Positions 62,701 through 64,000 of a stretch of DNA of 64,000 bases are shown here, in pieces. Position 1 is the stretch's first letter, and each line of letters begins with the position of its first letter. The DNA lies in the NCBI GenBank assembly GCA_036172245.1, contig JAYWIR010000079.1, forward strand, positions 248,001 through 312,000, given 5' to 3'. Made by a program: the position numbers and the translations under genes. The notes beneath the pieces are model-generated. The model searched no databases. It worked only from the letters and a program-made list of their open reading frames with translations, and was not told the DNA's origin. Origin of the DNA: Raillietiella orientalis (taxonomy: Eukaryota).

Positions 62701-64000
62701 AGATTGAAGACGGCGAGGAAGAGTTCCGTGATCGGCATTGTTGGCAGCCGATGCGGGAGAGAGCAGGAAAGAGATAGAGAGAGGGGGCTCTTAGCCTGAT
62801 TGCAGAGCAAGGAAGGGGGAAGGGAGATCCGTAGCAGAGATCGGGTCCAGAAGCAGCGGGCGTGGAATCGTCTGCGGGGAGCTGGGTTTCCGTCCGGCGA
62901 TCCTGCAGGATTGGGAAGAGCAACGGCCAATTGTGCACGATGCGTCTCCTAGTCTTCAAGGAAAAGGGAAGAGAGGGACGTCGAGCAGGCGTGTGGAGAA
63001 AGAATCAGCTGCCTCCGGGCTGTTGCCGGAAATGGGCTGACCTCCGGTTCCCATCCGGAGAGATCCTGAAACCTTCGAGGAGTGATGGAAAGTCTCATCT
63101 CTCCTTCTTCCCCCTTCCTTCTGCTTCTCTGCCGGACGCTGTGCACCCTGCAGCGAAGGGAAGATAAACGAGGCTTCTCGAACCTTCCGGTTCCGCGAGA
63201 GGCAGAGAAGAAGCGTTGATCCCTGAAACGAGACAGAAGCAGCCTCTGAGCTGAAGTCACTGCAACAGGATTTAGGGAGGAAGGAAAGAGAACGCATCCT
63301 TTCGCATTCAACCCTTCTCTTCCCATCCTTCCCCTGCGAGATCGGAAGACGAGAGAGAGAGAAATCCAGGAGCCGAAGTGGCTCCTTGAACGCGCCTTCC
63401 CACTCCGGAGACCCCTTCGGCTATCCTGGCTGATGGGCGTAATCTCCAGCAACCAATGGGGCGTGTCGGATGGAAAGGAAGAAAAAGAAGGAAGGGCACA
63501 GGACGGAGAGCTACCCGGAGAGAGCAGTCGCGCCGCCTCAGCGGGAAAGGACGAGACGCGCGCCACCGCGGAACAGGAAGGGAGGCGCACCTATCCGCAG
63601 CCCCTTCCCGGCGACAAGCTCCCTCGGACGCATCCTTCAGAACGCGCCACTAGGAACACCATTTGCAGGAGACACGCAGACCCGCGTTTTCGAGAGGAAG
63701 CGAGCGAAGTTTTCCACGACAACGGGGAAGGAAGGTGCACGAGTGCTCAAGAATATACCGGGAAGAGTTTCGGAGCATCTGAAGATACGAAGAGAGGCTC
63801 ACGAAGCTCTTTCACGCTGTTCCACGCCACCCGAGGTGTATTCCAACTCTTCAAGATTGGGGATACCACGGGAGGGGAGCATCCTATGAATCCAGGAAGG
63901 GCTTTGGAGAAAGGAGTCCGTTCCTCTCACTCCTGGTGGCGAGACTGCCGCAGGGAACTATCCACCCTGGTTGTCTCCGAAGGGAACCTCAAAAGGAATC

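Noticed and set aside
53600..64000. Dense ORF track upstream of Phox2
   Set aside because: No recognisable domains; best read as a regulatory landscape.
1..64000. CRISPR arrays, operons, rRNA or intact tRNA genes, intact transposase or RT ORFs
   Set aside because: None seen; the window is spliceosomal-intron-containing animal DNA.

Overview
Eukaryotic genomic DNA from an invertebrate bilaterian, probably an ecdysozoan (species not determinable from sequence). It holds three intron-containing genes, which I spliced by hand with consistent GT-AG boundaries and reading phases. (1) A Mesh/SUSD2-type adhesion protein (NIDO-IPT/TIG-AMOP-VWD-Sushi-TM) on + at 9842-25528; its 5' end is unresolved. 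(2) The tRNA wobble-U methyltransferase/dioxygenase ALKBH8 on - at 25570-27637, with very short introns. (3) A Phox2 paired-class homeobox gene on - at 47188-53177, set in a large GC-rich non-coding region. The most interesting feature is the mesh 3' end. It has two anciently duplicated alternative transmembrane+tail terminal exons with unrelated cytoplasmic tails. A G-U-containing sense-strand hairpin precedes them, and the last stop lies 41 nt from the convergent ALKBH8 stop. Also present: a two-copy tRNA-derived SINE-like repeat, a 109-bp duplicated element, degraded LINE fragments and sharp GC transitions. Most ORFs in the supplied track are chance ORFs in GC-rich non-coding DNA.
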